DNA of 64,000 nt from Alphaproteobacteria bacterium (GTDB lineage: Bacteria > Pseudomonadota > Alphaproteobacteria > UBA6615), in assembly GCA_965261975.1 (NCBI GenBank), contig CBDHEC010000056.1:96001-160000 (forward strand). The letters are read 5' to 3'. The notes beneath the pieces were generated by a model that worked only from the letters and a program-made list of their open reading frames with translations, had not been told where the DNA came from and did no database searches. Below are positions 7,889 to 17,137 of this stretch, in pieces. Numbering within the stretch: position 1 is the stretch's first letter; the number at the start of each line of letters is the position of its first letter. The position numbers and the translations under genes are program-made.

Positions 7889-9487
7889 CTAGTTGATGAA
7901 CTTTAGCCCAAACAAGATCTTCAATATCTTTTGAACATTTTTTCTACAGGCATCTACATCTGCGTCTGAGACAGTAGTACTTGCTCGTTCATGTATAATT
8001 TTGTTTCTCATTTCATAATAGTGTTTGGCTTTTTCTAGTAATTCATCCGGAATATCTATTTTTGACGATACTTCTTTTATTACTTTGTGACGGCTTTTAA
8101 ACAAATCCCTGATTCGACCATCGGAGTATTGCTGCTGTGGAAAGAGGTCAGATCGGTGGACTATGAACTCTTTGAGAGAGATTTCGAAATTGCTGTCGAG
8201 CAAAATTAACGACATCCGGTTTCTGGTATCAAATTTCTACCTTGAAACGACATCCACAGCGCCAATTGCTTCAATGAGACCCAGTGTCCAAGGCATCTTG
8301 TCGAGCTGCTTTTTATTCTTTTCCCTCAGGTGTTCGATCTGTTGTTTTCTTACCTTCGGTAGAGGTGGAAGGCTGATTTTCTGACTATTTGTTATTTGAG
8401 CTTTTGGGATTTTTGTAATCTTACCTTGCGTGTGTCTAAACACCTTGGCGTCCCACTCATGCTTAAGTCGCCGTGAGAGTTTTGAAAAATGAGCTACGAG
8501 TTGGATAAGGGTTGGTCGTATTTTTTGGAATGCAAGGTGATCGTAGTTGATCCCATTCTTGCTGCTGTTCCAGGGCATCAAAATGGCTGGCCCTTCTAAC
8601 CTCACGATAACGCGGCACAGAGAAGCATCGGGATGAGGTACTCCTGCCTCGGAAGTAACAAAATATCCCACTTCTCGTGTTCTCAGTTCCTTAACTATCA
8701 TCCTATTGTTACAATAAAAGTAAACGCCATAATTGTCTGCATCTGGTTCACGGTCTTTTATTAGGCCAGCAGTAATATCGGCTGTAATATGCTGACTATC
8801 ATTTAGAGGTATTTTGATTTTGCAGTTTTGAGGTGCGTATGACGGTGGGTAAGACCAGTTGTCGTATTTTGTTTTTTTTATCTTTGTCCCATTTACGACT
8901 AGGGAGCATTTTGAGCCGAGGAAGTGAGAGTATGTTTCACCCAAATGTCTAATAATCTCTGGTTCGTCGGACTCATCGAAAGTCTTTCTTAGGTTCGAAA
9001 TATGAACTTGTGTTGTGCCTGCAGAGAGATTTGGAATCTCGAATGCTGCGATTTCCCAGTCATTCGTTTCTAGCCAATCATCTTCGATATCTACTTGAAA
9101 ACTTGAGCCTGATTTAGGGCGCGTCTTAATCTGGATGGTGCGACCTAACGCAACTCCTGCTCGCTTACTCCCAACACCAAAAATTCCAATCGATTGAGCG
9201 TTCGGATCGTTGCCGCTGCCACCTGGCGCGACTAGGAGCCTCAGATCACTTTGTTTAACGCCCCCCGCATTGTCGGTTACGGTGATCGTCTGGTGATCGG
9301 AATCTAGTACTACATTGATCTCCAGTTTCTTCTTCTGGTTTCCAAGCAGCCAAATATCGAACGCGTTGTCGACTAATTCACACAGTCCAGTTTTTAGGTC
9401 GTAGTCAGCGATTATCGACCAAAACATTCTTTTTTCGGGAGTCGCATCGATCGGTGCAATTTCCGTTTTTCGAGTTACAGCATTCAT
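7889..9487 (-). pseudogene. MORC/GHKL-type ATPase fused to a C-terminal HEPN-like domain, interrupted by one in-frame TAG (8237-8239); AT-rich foreign gene
   Basis: GHKL motifs ELVDNAFD, DNAGG, GIFGVGSK and GTT; S5-like GVYFYCNNRMI. ORFs 8237-9487 and 7889-8215 share a frame, separated by TAG plus 7 sense codons. The C-terminal part has LILLDSNFEISLKE and RNKIIH (Rx4H). Confidence 0.75.
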
Positions 9488-9861
9488 GGGGGACCCCGAA
9501 CTTCAGTGCTGTGAAAGCGTTGCGATAGTAAGAACGTGAACACAACTTTATCGAGAGTTTCGATTCCTGAATATCCAGAGTAGGTCGTATTCGAGCTCCC
9601 ACCAACCCAAATTCCTCTAGCGAAAAGTGCTGCATCGGGCGTCGGCTGCGAGCGTCTCAGCCAATTCGATACCGGACACGAGGGCGCCGAAGGGGCCGTC
9701 TGGCGGATCGACGGAGAGCTTGCTCATACACCGATACTAACACCGACAGACACCGCCGGTTCGCCCCCCGAACTTCAACCTGTCGCCGGGCGTTTCCCTG
9801 TGTGGGGTGGTCGCGGTAGTCTGGTGCCAACAAACAAGATTACCTCCCGGGAGTAAAGTTG

Positions 9862-11232
9862 ATGGCGCGCACATTGATCAAGGGCGGCTGGGTCGTGTCG
9901 ATGGACGATGCGATCGGCGATATTCGCGGCGGCGACGTGCTGATCGAGGACGACCGGATCGTCGAGGTCGGCCGCAACATCGACGCCGGCGATGCGGAAG
10001 TGATCGACGCGTCCAACATGATCGTCAGCCCCGGCATCGTGAATGCGCACGAGCACACCTGGCAGACCGGGGTGCGCGGGGTCGTCGCCGACTGGACGAT
10101 GTTCGAATACTCCACCCTGATGCACGCGACGTCGGTGCCTCACTTCACGCCCGACGACATCCGCCTGGCGAACCTCTGCGGCGCGCTGAACCAGATCAAC
10201 TGCGGCAGCACCACGCTGTTCGACTGGCATCACTGCAACGCCACGACGGATCACACGGACGCCGCGATCGACGCGCTGGAGGAATCGGGCATCCGCGCCG
10301 TCTATGGTCATGGCCAGACCAAGACCGCGTCCAAGCCCGGTGAGCCGCCGTTCAACGAGACCCCGCACTCGCGCGAACGGGTCGAGCGGCTCCGCAAGGG
10401 GCGGCTCGCTTCGGACGACGGGCTGATCACCATGGCCATATGCATCCAGGGGATGGGTTTCTCGGTCTGGGAATGCTTCGAGCACGACGTTCGTCTGGCC
10501 CGGGACATGGGCCTCTACTGGTCGAACCACACGGGTGCACAGGGAATTCCGCTGTTCTCCGAGGGTTCGGTGCACAAGCTGAATGATCTCGGCCTGCTCG
10601 GTCCGGATGCCGACTTCGTCCATGCGACCAACCTGACCGACGACGAGATGAAGATGATCATCGATGCCGGCGGCTCGATCACCGTCGCGGCCGAGTGCGA
10701 GAGCAACTTCGGCCATGGCAACCCGGTGACCGGCCGGGTGCTCGGTTTCGGCGGTACGCCGGCCTTCGGGGTGGATCTGCAGTCGAACGTCTCCGGCGAC
10801 ATGTTCTCGGTCGTGCGTTATGCGCTGCAGTTCGAGCGAGCCATGTACACGGACGATCGGCCGCGCCCGACCAAGGCGATGCCCGAGCATCTGAAAACGC
10901 GTGTCGCGCTTGAATGGGCGACGATCGACAACGCCCGGGCGCTCGGGCTTGACGACCGGATCGGCTCGCTGACGCCCGGCAAGCAGGCGGACGTGATCCT
11001 CGTGCGTGGCGACGACCTCAACACCTGCCCGGTGCATGACCCGGTCCAGACGCTGATCTTCATGGCCACGCCGTCGAACGTGGACACGGTCTTCGTCAAC
11101 GGCGAGGTGAAGAAACGCGACGGCAAGCTGGTCTACCCGGAAGCCGCGCTGCGTGAGACCCTGGGCAAGCTCGCCGAGTCCGGCCGCCGTATCCTCGATG
11201 CCGCCGGTGTGATGCAAGCGGCGGCGGAATAG
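9862..11232 (+). CDS. metal-dependent amidohydrolase (MTA/SAH deaminase / AtzA-like superfamily)
   Basis: PGIVNAHEHTW HxH motif, FVHAT, GVD and GSLTPGKQAD. Confidence 0.88.
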   Translation: MARTLIKGGWVVSMDDAIGDIRGGDVLIEDDRIVEVGRNIDAGDAEVIDASNMIVSPGIVNAHEHTWQTGVRGVVADWTMFEYSTLMHATSVPHFTPDDIRLANLCGALNQINCGSTTLFDWHHCNATTDHTDAAIDALEESGIRAVYGHGQTKTASKPGEPPFNETPHSRERVERLRKGRLASDDGLITMAICIQGMGFSVWECFEHDVRLARDMGLYWSNHTGAQGIPLFSEGSVHKLNDLGLLGPDADFVHATNLTDDEMKMIIDAGGSITVAAECESNFGHGNPVTGRVLGFGGTPAFGVDLQSNVSGDMFSVVRYALQFERAMYTDDRPRPTKAMPEHLKTRVALEWATIDNARALGLDDRIGSLTPGKQADVILVRGDDLNTCPVHDPVQTLIFMATPSNVDTVFVNGEVKKRDGKLVYPEAALRETLGKLAESGRRILDAAGVMQAAAE

Positions 11233-11255
11233 GTGCGGGGCAGGGTCGAAACATC

Positions 11256-12422
11256 GTGACCGCCAACCGATGGATGGTGCTTGGTGCGCTTTTCCTGGCG
11301 CGCTCGGCGCTGGGCTATCACTTCCAGTCCGTCGCGTCGGTCTCGCCGCTGCTGGTCGAGGACCTTGGTATCGACTTCACCGCAGTTGGTACCCTGATCG
11401 GTCTTTTCAGCCTGCTCGGGGTTCTGACGGCCCTGCCGTCGGGCTTCCTCGCCCAGCGCTTTGGCGAGCGCCGGGTATGCCTGTCCGGCCTCGCGATGAT
11501 GACGGCGGGCGGCTTCGTGATGTGGCTGGGCGACGACTTCGCCACGATCAGTGTCGGCCGGATGATCGCCGGCACCGGTGGGGTGGTGATCACGGTCGTC
11601 ATGGTGAAGATCGTCGGCGACTTGTTCGAAGGTAAGGAAGTGGTCACCGCCATGGCCATCCTGATGAACAGCTGGCCGGTGGGTATCGCCATCGGCCTCT
11701 ACACCCAGGGCGCCATGGCCGAAGCCTGGGGCTGGCAGGCGGTTTTCCTGACGGCGGGTATCGGCTCTCTCGTCGGCATGTTGCTGGTCGCCATCCTGTA
11801 CCGGCCGGCGGCACGTAACGTCTCGCGGCCTCTGCAGCGCCTGGCGATCACCCGGGCCGAGGCCACCAGGGTCTCGCTCGCGGGGATCGTCTGGGTGCTC
11901 TACAACGCCGGTTACCTGATGGTGCTGTCCTTCGGGCCCGCCATGCTGGTGTTGCGCGGCATGGATGTCGTGGCGGCGGGCCTGCTGCTTGCCAACGCCA
12001 CCTTTGTCTACATGTTCGCGATTCCGCTGGGGGGCTGGGTATCCGAGAAGCTGGCACGGCCGAACCTGGTCATGGTGGCCTGCTTTGCGCTCGGGGCGTT
12101 GATGGTCGCCCTCGTGCCCCTCGTCGACGCACCTCTGCTGCTGTTCATCATGGCGGCGATCTTCATCGGCATACCCACCGGCAACGTGATGGCGCTGACC
12201 GTCGAGACGGTACGGGCCGAGCACCGCAACACGGGCACCGGCCTGTATCACACCTGGAACCATGCGGGCCTGTTCGTCGGGCCGGCGCTCGCGGGTTGGA
12301 TCGTCACCCGGACCGGTGACCCGGCGACGGCCATGTTCTTTGGTGGCGTGACAATGGTCCTCGCCATCGTCGCGCTGGGGGCGCTGCGGTTCTTGCAATG
12401 GCGCGAAGCCCGTGCCGTCTGA
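11256..12422 (+). CDS. MFS transporter
   Basis: About 12 hydrophobic segments; GFLAQRFGERR and GWVSEKLARP loop motifs. Confidence 0.88.
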   Translation: MTANRWMVLGALFLARSALGYHFQSVASVSPLLVEDLGIDFTAVGTLIGLFSLLGVLTALPSGFLAQRFGERRVCLSGLAMMTAGGFVMWLGDDFATISVGRMIAGTGGVVITVVMVKIVGDLFEGKEVVTAMAILMNSWPVGIAIGLYTQGAMAEAWGWQAVFLTAGIGSLVGMLLVAILYRPAARNVSRPLQRLAITRAEATRVSLAGIVWVLYNAGYLMVLSFGPAMLVLRGMDVVAAGLLLANATFVYMFAIPLGGWVSEKLARPNLVMVACFALGALMVALVPLVDAPLLLFIMAAIFIGIPTGNVMALTVETVRAEHRNTGTGLYHTWNHAGLFVGPALAGWIVTRTGDPATAMFFGGVTMVLAIVALGALRFLQWREARAV

Positions 12423-13098
12423 ACCGAGCCTCGGTGTCGTCATTCCCGCGTTGAATGTGGGGGCGGGCCTCGCGCGTACGCTCGAAGGCCTGGCGGCGGC
12501 GCGGGACATCTTCGATCTGGACATCCTGGTGGTGGATGGCGGCTCCGATGACGACACGGTCGCGGTGGCCAAATCTCTGGGCGCGCGGGTGATCGAGGCG
12601 CCGAGAGGCCGCGGCACCCAGCTGGCCGCCGGGGCCGACCAGGTGCGTGGCGACTGGCTGTTGTTCCTGCATGCCGACACGGTTCTCGGGGCGGGCTGGG
12701 CGGTCGAGCTGGCGGCGTTCATGATCGCCGAGCGCCACCGCGCCGCCTATTTCCGCTTCCGGCTCGACGATGATGCGCCCGGCGCGCGACGGATCGAGCG
12801 GCTGGTGGCGTGGCGTTGCCGGGTGCTGGGCCTGCCCTATGGCGATCAGGGCCTGGCGATCCCGCGCGATCTCTACACGGCGTTCGGCGGCTATCCCGAC
12901 CAACCGCTGATGGAGGATGTCTATCTTGCGCGTAGGATGGGCCGCAGCCGGCTGGCGGGGCTGGAAACGGCGGCGTTGACGTCCGCCGTGCGTTATCGCG
13001 AAGGTGGCTACTGGCGCCGCCCATCGCGGAACCTGTTCTGCCTGTTTCTGTATCTCATGGGCATGCCGGCGCGGATGATTGACCAGATCTACAGATGA
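12412..13098 (+). CDS. GT2 glycosyltransferase, TIGR04283-like (rSAM/selenodomain- or arsenosugar-associated transferase 2)
   Basis: VVIPALN, VVDGGSDD, LFLHADT, LPYGDQGL and PLMED motifs. Confidence 0.85.
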   Translation: MPSEPSLGVVIPALNVGAGLARTLEGLAAARDIFDLDILVVDGGSDDDTVAVAKSLGARVIEAPRGRGTQLAAGADQVRGDWLLFLHADTVLGAGWAVELAAFMIAERHRAAYFRFRLDDDAPGARRIERLVAWRCRVLGLPYGDQGLAIPRDLYTAFGGYPDQPLMEDVYLARRMGRSRLAGLETAALTSAVRYREGGYWRRPSRNLFCLFLYLMGMPARMIDQIYR

Positions 13099-13703
13099 AG
13101 CCCCATCTCGTCATCTTTGCCCGCGCGCCCCGGCGCGGCGCGGTCAAGCGGCGGCTGGCCGCGGATATCGGGGATGGTCCCGCGCTCGCCTTCTATCGCC
13201 GGACCCTGCATGACGTGACGCGGCGGCTGGGCAGCGATCCGCGCTGGCGTACCTGGCTGGCGGTCACGCCGGATGGAGATGCCCTGCGGCCAGGCCTTTG
13301 GCCAGCCGTGCCCGGGGTCGGATTGATCCCGCAGGGCCAGGGTGATCTGGGTGCACGCATGGCCCGGCCGATGACGATGCTCCCCCCGGGCCCGGTGATC
13401 GTCGTCGGCACGGACATCCCCGACATTTCGGCAGACCATATCGCCGACGGGTTTGCGGCACTCGGCAACCATGAGTTTGTCTTCGGTCCGGCAGCCGATG
13501 GCGGTTACTGGTTGGTCGGCGCACGCCGGCGCCCGGCGATGTCCGGAAGGATATTCCGCGACGTCCGCTGGAGCACCGAGCATGCCCTGGCCGATACCCT
13601 CGCGGGTCTGCCGGGGAAGGCCCGCGTGGCGATGCTGGATGAGCTCGATGATGTGGACGATGGCGCGGCCTGGGCCGCGTGGCGTGCACGCCGCCGCCCG
13701 TGA
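13095..13703 (+). CDS. TIGR04282/DUF2064-like transferase (CofC-like fold)
   Basis: FARAPRRGAVKRRL, VGTDIP, FGPAADGGYWLVG and LDDVDD; ATGA overlap with the upstream GT2. Confidence 0.85.
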   Translation: MKPHLVIFARAPRRGAVKRRLAADIGDGPALAFYRRTLHDVTRRLGSDPRWRTWLAVTPDGDALRPGLWPAVPGVGLIPQGQGDLGARMARPMTMLPPGPVIVVGTDIPDISADHIADGFAALGNHEFVFGPAADGGYWLVGARRRPAMSGRIFRDVRWSTEHALADTLAGLPGKARVAMLDELDDVDDGAAWAAWRARRRP

Positions 13704-13793
13704 CGAAATAGTTGTCAACAAACCGTGACGTGACTTCCGGTCTGTTCCGTACGACATGGTGACCGCTACAATCGCGGTCCCAGCGGGGAAAGC

Positions 13794-14834
13794 ATGGAAT
13801 CGATCTACTACGTCATCTCGTGGCTCTGCCACCGGCGCTGTGCGCATTGCTACGACACGCGCTTTCGCCCCTATGTGCGCGATGAACGCGACGCCGTGGT
13901 GGGCGAGGCGGTGACGAACCATGCGAAGATCGTGGCCAATCTGCCCGACCGCATGACCTATCGCGAAAGCGATGACGGCCCGGAGAAACCGGGGCGTGTC
14001 ATCCTGTCAGGGGGCGAGGTGCTGCTCGACGAGATTCGCGAGCCGGTGCTCTATCCGGTGATGGACATGCTGCGCGAGAAGTACGCCGACGCGGGCGGGG
14101 TGCGGGTGGTGGTGCAGACGACCGGCGATCTGGTCACCGCGGAAATTCTCGACGAGCTGCTGGCCCACGGCCTGTGGCAACTCTCGATCACGGGTATGGA
14201 CGATTTCCATGTTGGCCATGAAGGCGACAAGCGCGTGCCCCTGATGGAACATCTGACGGGTCTGGTCGAGGCGGCGGGCTTGTTGCCGACGGGTCGGCGC
14301 CATGACGGCACCGACGGGCGGGGTAGCGAGACGCCTGTCTATTCCTTCATGGGGGCGAACCCGGAAGAGTGGATCGGGCCGATCTGGCCGCGCGGGCGGG
14401 CCTGGGAGAACGAACTCTCAAGCGCGACCCTCGACGATAATTTCTGCAACCGCTGGTCGGGCGGGCTCAACTTCATGAACCATGGAAAGATCGGTTCCGA
14501 GGTGTCGATCGAGCCCAACGGCAATGTCTATCCCTGCTGCCTCAAGACCAAGGCGCCGCTCGGCAACCTCACCGAGGAACCGCTCACGGAGATTCTGGAC
14601 AGCCTCGTCGGCCACCCGGCGTTCGAGGCGCTCAATGACGGCGCGCCGGAACGCATGGGCCTGGCCTTTGGCTGGGACGAGGACACCTTCCGCAAGAACA
14701 GCGAAACCAAGACGCCTTCGGGCGAGACCTACCGCAACCTTTGTATCGGCTGCGATCGGTTCCACGATCAGGTACTTGGCCCGCTCATCGAAGGCCTGCG
14801 CCAGGCGCGTCTGAGCCGGCGGACGGCCGCATGA
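13794..14834 (+). CDS. radical SAM protein with a SPASM/twitch-like C-terminus
   Basis: CHRRCAHC, ILSGGE, FCNRW...GNVYPCC...LGNL and LCIGC. Confidence 0.87.
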   Translation: MESIYYVISWLCHRRCAHCYDTRFRPYVRDERDAVVGEAVTNHAKIVANLPDRMTYRESDDGPEKPGRVILSGGEVLLDEIREPVLYPVMDMLREKYADAGGVRVVVQTTGDLVTAEILDELLAHGLWQLSITGMDDFHVGHEGDKRVPLMEHLTGLVEAAGLLPTGRRHDGTDGRGSETPVYSFMGANPEEWIGPIWPRGRAWENELSSATLDDNFCNRWSGGLNFMNHGKIGSEVSIEPNGNVYPCCLKTKAPLGNLTEEPLTEILDSLVGHPAFEALNDGAPERMGLAFGWDEDTFRKNSETKTPSGETYRNLCIGCDRFHDQVLGPLIEGLRQARLSRRTAA

Positions 14835-15907
14835 GCCGCCGGATAGAAGGCGTGTGTGGGGCCCTGGCCCAGCGTCTCGGCGTGCCGGTCACGGATCTAC
14901 ACCCTTTGCCGGATACGGGCCTCGCCCATGATCATGTCCGGATCGGCGATACGGGCACCCTGGCGCGGGTGCCCAAGCAGAGCCAGCTCGGCCTCGCAGC
15001 GGCGGAGAATCTAGATTATCAGGCCGCCTGTTTCGCACGTGCCTCGGCGAGCGGGCATGTGCCCCATCTGCATGAAAAGTTATCGCCCGACGGCGCACTG
15101 CCCATGGGCGCATTGATCGTCGATCTGATCGACGGACGGCCGCTGTCTCTGCCGGGCGATTTGGCGGCGATGGCCGAATGCCTGGCGGCGATCCATGGGA
15201 TGCCCCTACCGGAAGTGGATGGCCGCGCGCCGTTGAAGGATCCGGTCGATCCGATGGCCGATACGTTCACGGAAATCATGACCCAGGCGGCTTATGTCGC
15301 GGCGGCGGAACTGCACCCGGATGCCGAATCCCAGATTCGCGAGGAGTTGCAGGTGGCCGGCGCGACCCTGGCCCGCGACGCCCGCCCGCCCCGGACGCTC
15401 ATCGCGTTCGACGCCCATCCGGGAAACTACCTGATGACGTCGGGGGAGCTGGGGGATGACCGCGCGGTTCTGGTCGATCTGGAGAAGGCGCGGTATGGCG
15501 CGGCGGGTTTCGATCTGGCCCACGCCACCCTCTACACCTCGACCACCTGGGACGTGGACAGCCATGCGGTGCTGGACCGCGGCCAGGTGGATGATTTTCA
15601 TGGGGCGTGGCTCGACGCTGTGCCCGGAGAACTCGCCACGGCGACCGAACCGTGGCTGCAGCCGCTGCGCCGCATGATGTGGCTCTGGTCCGTGACCTGG
15701 TGTGCCAAATGGCGTGTCGAGTCCCGCGAGACCGTGGCGACCGAACCGAAAGAAAATGAGTCTACCGAGAACTGGTCGGCCGAACTCAGCGAAGACGCGC
15801 TCGTCGCCCATGTGGCCGGCCGCGTCGCCGATTATCTCGACCCCGACACCATCACCCGCGTTCGCGCCGACTGGGCGCCAACGGCACCGGCCGCCGTTGC
15901 GGTCTAA
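14831..15907 (+). CDS. APH/choline-kinase-like phosphotransferase
   Basis: Catalytic-loop-like FDAHPGNY and LVDLEKA; start re-called at the ATGA overlap at 14831. Confidence 0.8.
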   Translation: MSRRIEGVCGALAQRLGVPVTDLHPLPDTGLAHDHVRIGDTGTLARVPKQSQLGLAAAENLDYQAACFARASASGHVPHLHEKLSPDGALPMGALIVDLIDGRPLSLPGDLAAMAECLAAIHGMPLPEVDGRAPLKDPVDPMADTFTEIMTQAAYVAAAELHPDAESQIREELQVAGATLARDARPPRTLIAFDAHPGNYLMTSGELGDDRAVLVDLEKARYGAAGFDLAHATLYTSTTWDVDSHAVLDRGQVDDFHGAWLDAVPGELATATEPWLQPLRRMMWLWSVTWCAKWRVESRETVATEPKENESTENWSAELSEDALVAHVAGRVADYLDPDTITRVRADWAPTAPAAVAV

Positions 15908-15929
15908 CCAACATGAAAGAGGACCACAG

Positions 15930-17132
15930 ATGCGTATCCTGACAGCGGCATTGGCCGGTTTCCTGGCGCTCGCGCCGCTCACCGCAAGCTCGGCGATGGC
16001 CCAGAGCTGGAACGAGGTGGTCGACAAGGCGCGCGGGCAGCTCGTGTTCTGGAACGCCTGGGGCGGCGATGAACGTATCAACGCCTACATTGCCTGGGCG
16101 GGTGACCAGGTGCAGGCCCGCTACGGCGTGACGGTGCAGCATGTGAAGCTCGCCGATACGGCCGAGGCGGTAGCCCGGGTCGTGGCGGAGAAGGCCGCTG
16201 GCCGCAATGACGGCGGTTCGGTCGATCTCATCTGGATCAATGGCGAGAATTTCGCGGCGATGAAGCGAAACAACCTGCTGTTCGGCCCGTGGACGCAGAA
16301 TGCGCCGAACTATCGTTTCGTCGATACGGAGAACAAGAAGACCACGACCGTGGACTTCACGGTGCCGGTAGACAATTTGGAGGCGCCCTGGGGCATGGCG
16401 CAGTTCGTGTTCATGCACGACACGGCGAATGTCGAAACGCCGCCGGACTCCATCCTGGGCCTGCTGGAGTGGGCGAAAAACAACCCTGGTCGTTTCACCT
16501 ATCCCCAGCCGCCGAATTTCCTCGGCACCACTTTCCTCAAGCAGGCGCTGATCGAGCTCGTCGTCAGTCCGTCTGCACTCCAGGCGCCGGCGGCGAATGT
16601 GGCCGAGAACACGGCGCCGCTGTGGGCCTATCTCGATGCGCTGCATCCGCTGATGTGGCGGCGCGGCGAGGTCTATCCGCAGAACGGCCCGGCCCTGCTG
16701 CGGCTCCTCGACGATGGCGAAATCTCGATCGCGCTGTCGTTCGAGCCGGCCGAGGCGTCGGGCCTGATCGCCCAGGGTAAGCTACCCGACACGGTACGTA
16801 CCTTCGTGCTCAACAACGGGACCATCGGCAACACGAATTTCGTTGCCATTCCCTTCAACGCCAACGCCAAGGAAGGGGCGATGGTGATGGCCAACTTCCT
16901 GATGTCACCCGAGGCCCAGGCCCACAAACAGAATCCTGAAGTGTGGGGCAGCTTCACGGTGCTCGATGTAAACCGGCTGCCGGAGGACTCGAAGGCGGCG
17001 TTCCAGGATCTCGAGCTCGGGGTCGCGACCCTGTCGCCGGGAGAGCTCGGCATCACCCAGCTGGAGCCGCATCCGTCCTGGGTTGCCGCGCTCGAGGCCG
17101 AGTGGGCCAAGCGCTACGCCAGCGGGAAATAG
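15930..17132 (+). CDS. ynjB: YnjB-like ABC transporter substrate-binding protein
   Basis: Signal peptide; WNAWGGDERINAYI, DLIWINGENF, GRFTYPQPPNFLGTTFLKQ and GTIGNTNFVAIPFNA; GAGGA SD. Confidence 0.82.
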   Translation: MRILTAALAGFLALAPLTASSAMAQSWNEVVDKARGQLVFWNAWGGDERINAYIAWAGDQVQARYGVTVQHVKLADTAEAVARVVAEKAAGRNDGGSVDLIWINGENFAAMKRNNLLFGPWTQNAPNYRFVDTENKKTTTVDFTVPVDNLEAPWGMAQFVFMHDTANVETPPDSILGLLEWAKNNPGRFTYPQPPNFLGTTFLKQALIELVVSPSALQAPAANVAENTAPLWAYLDALHPLMWRRGEVYPQNGPALLRLLDDGEISIALSFEPAEASGLIAQGKLPDTVRTFVLNNGTIGNTNFVAIPFNANAKEGAMVMANFLMSPEAQAHKQNPEVWGSFTVLDVNRLPEDSKAAFQDLELGVATLSPGELGITQLEPHPSWVAALEAEWAKRYASGK

Positions 17133-17137
17133 CCGCG

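Noticed and set aside
9405-9635. 76-aa ORF upstream of the GHKL ATPase as a partner or antitoxin gene
   Set aside because: It overlaps the ATPase start in another frame and has no SD or recognisable motif.
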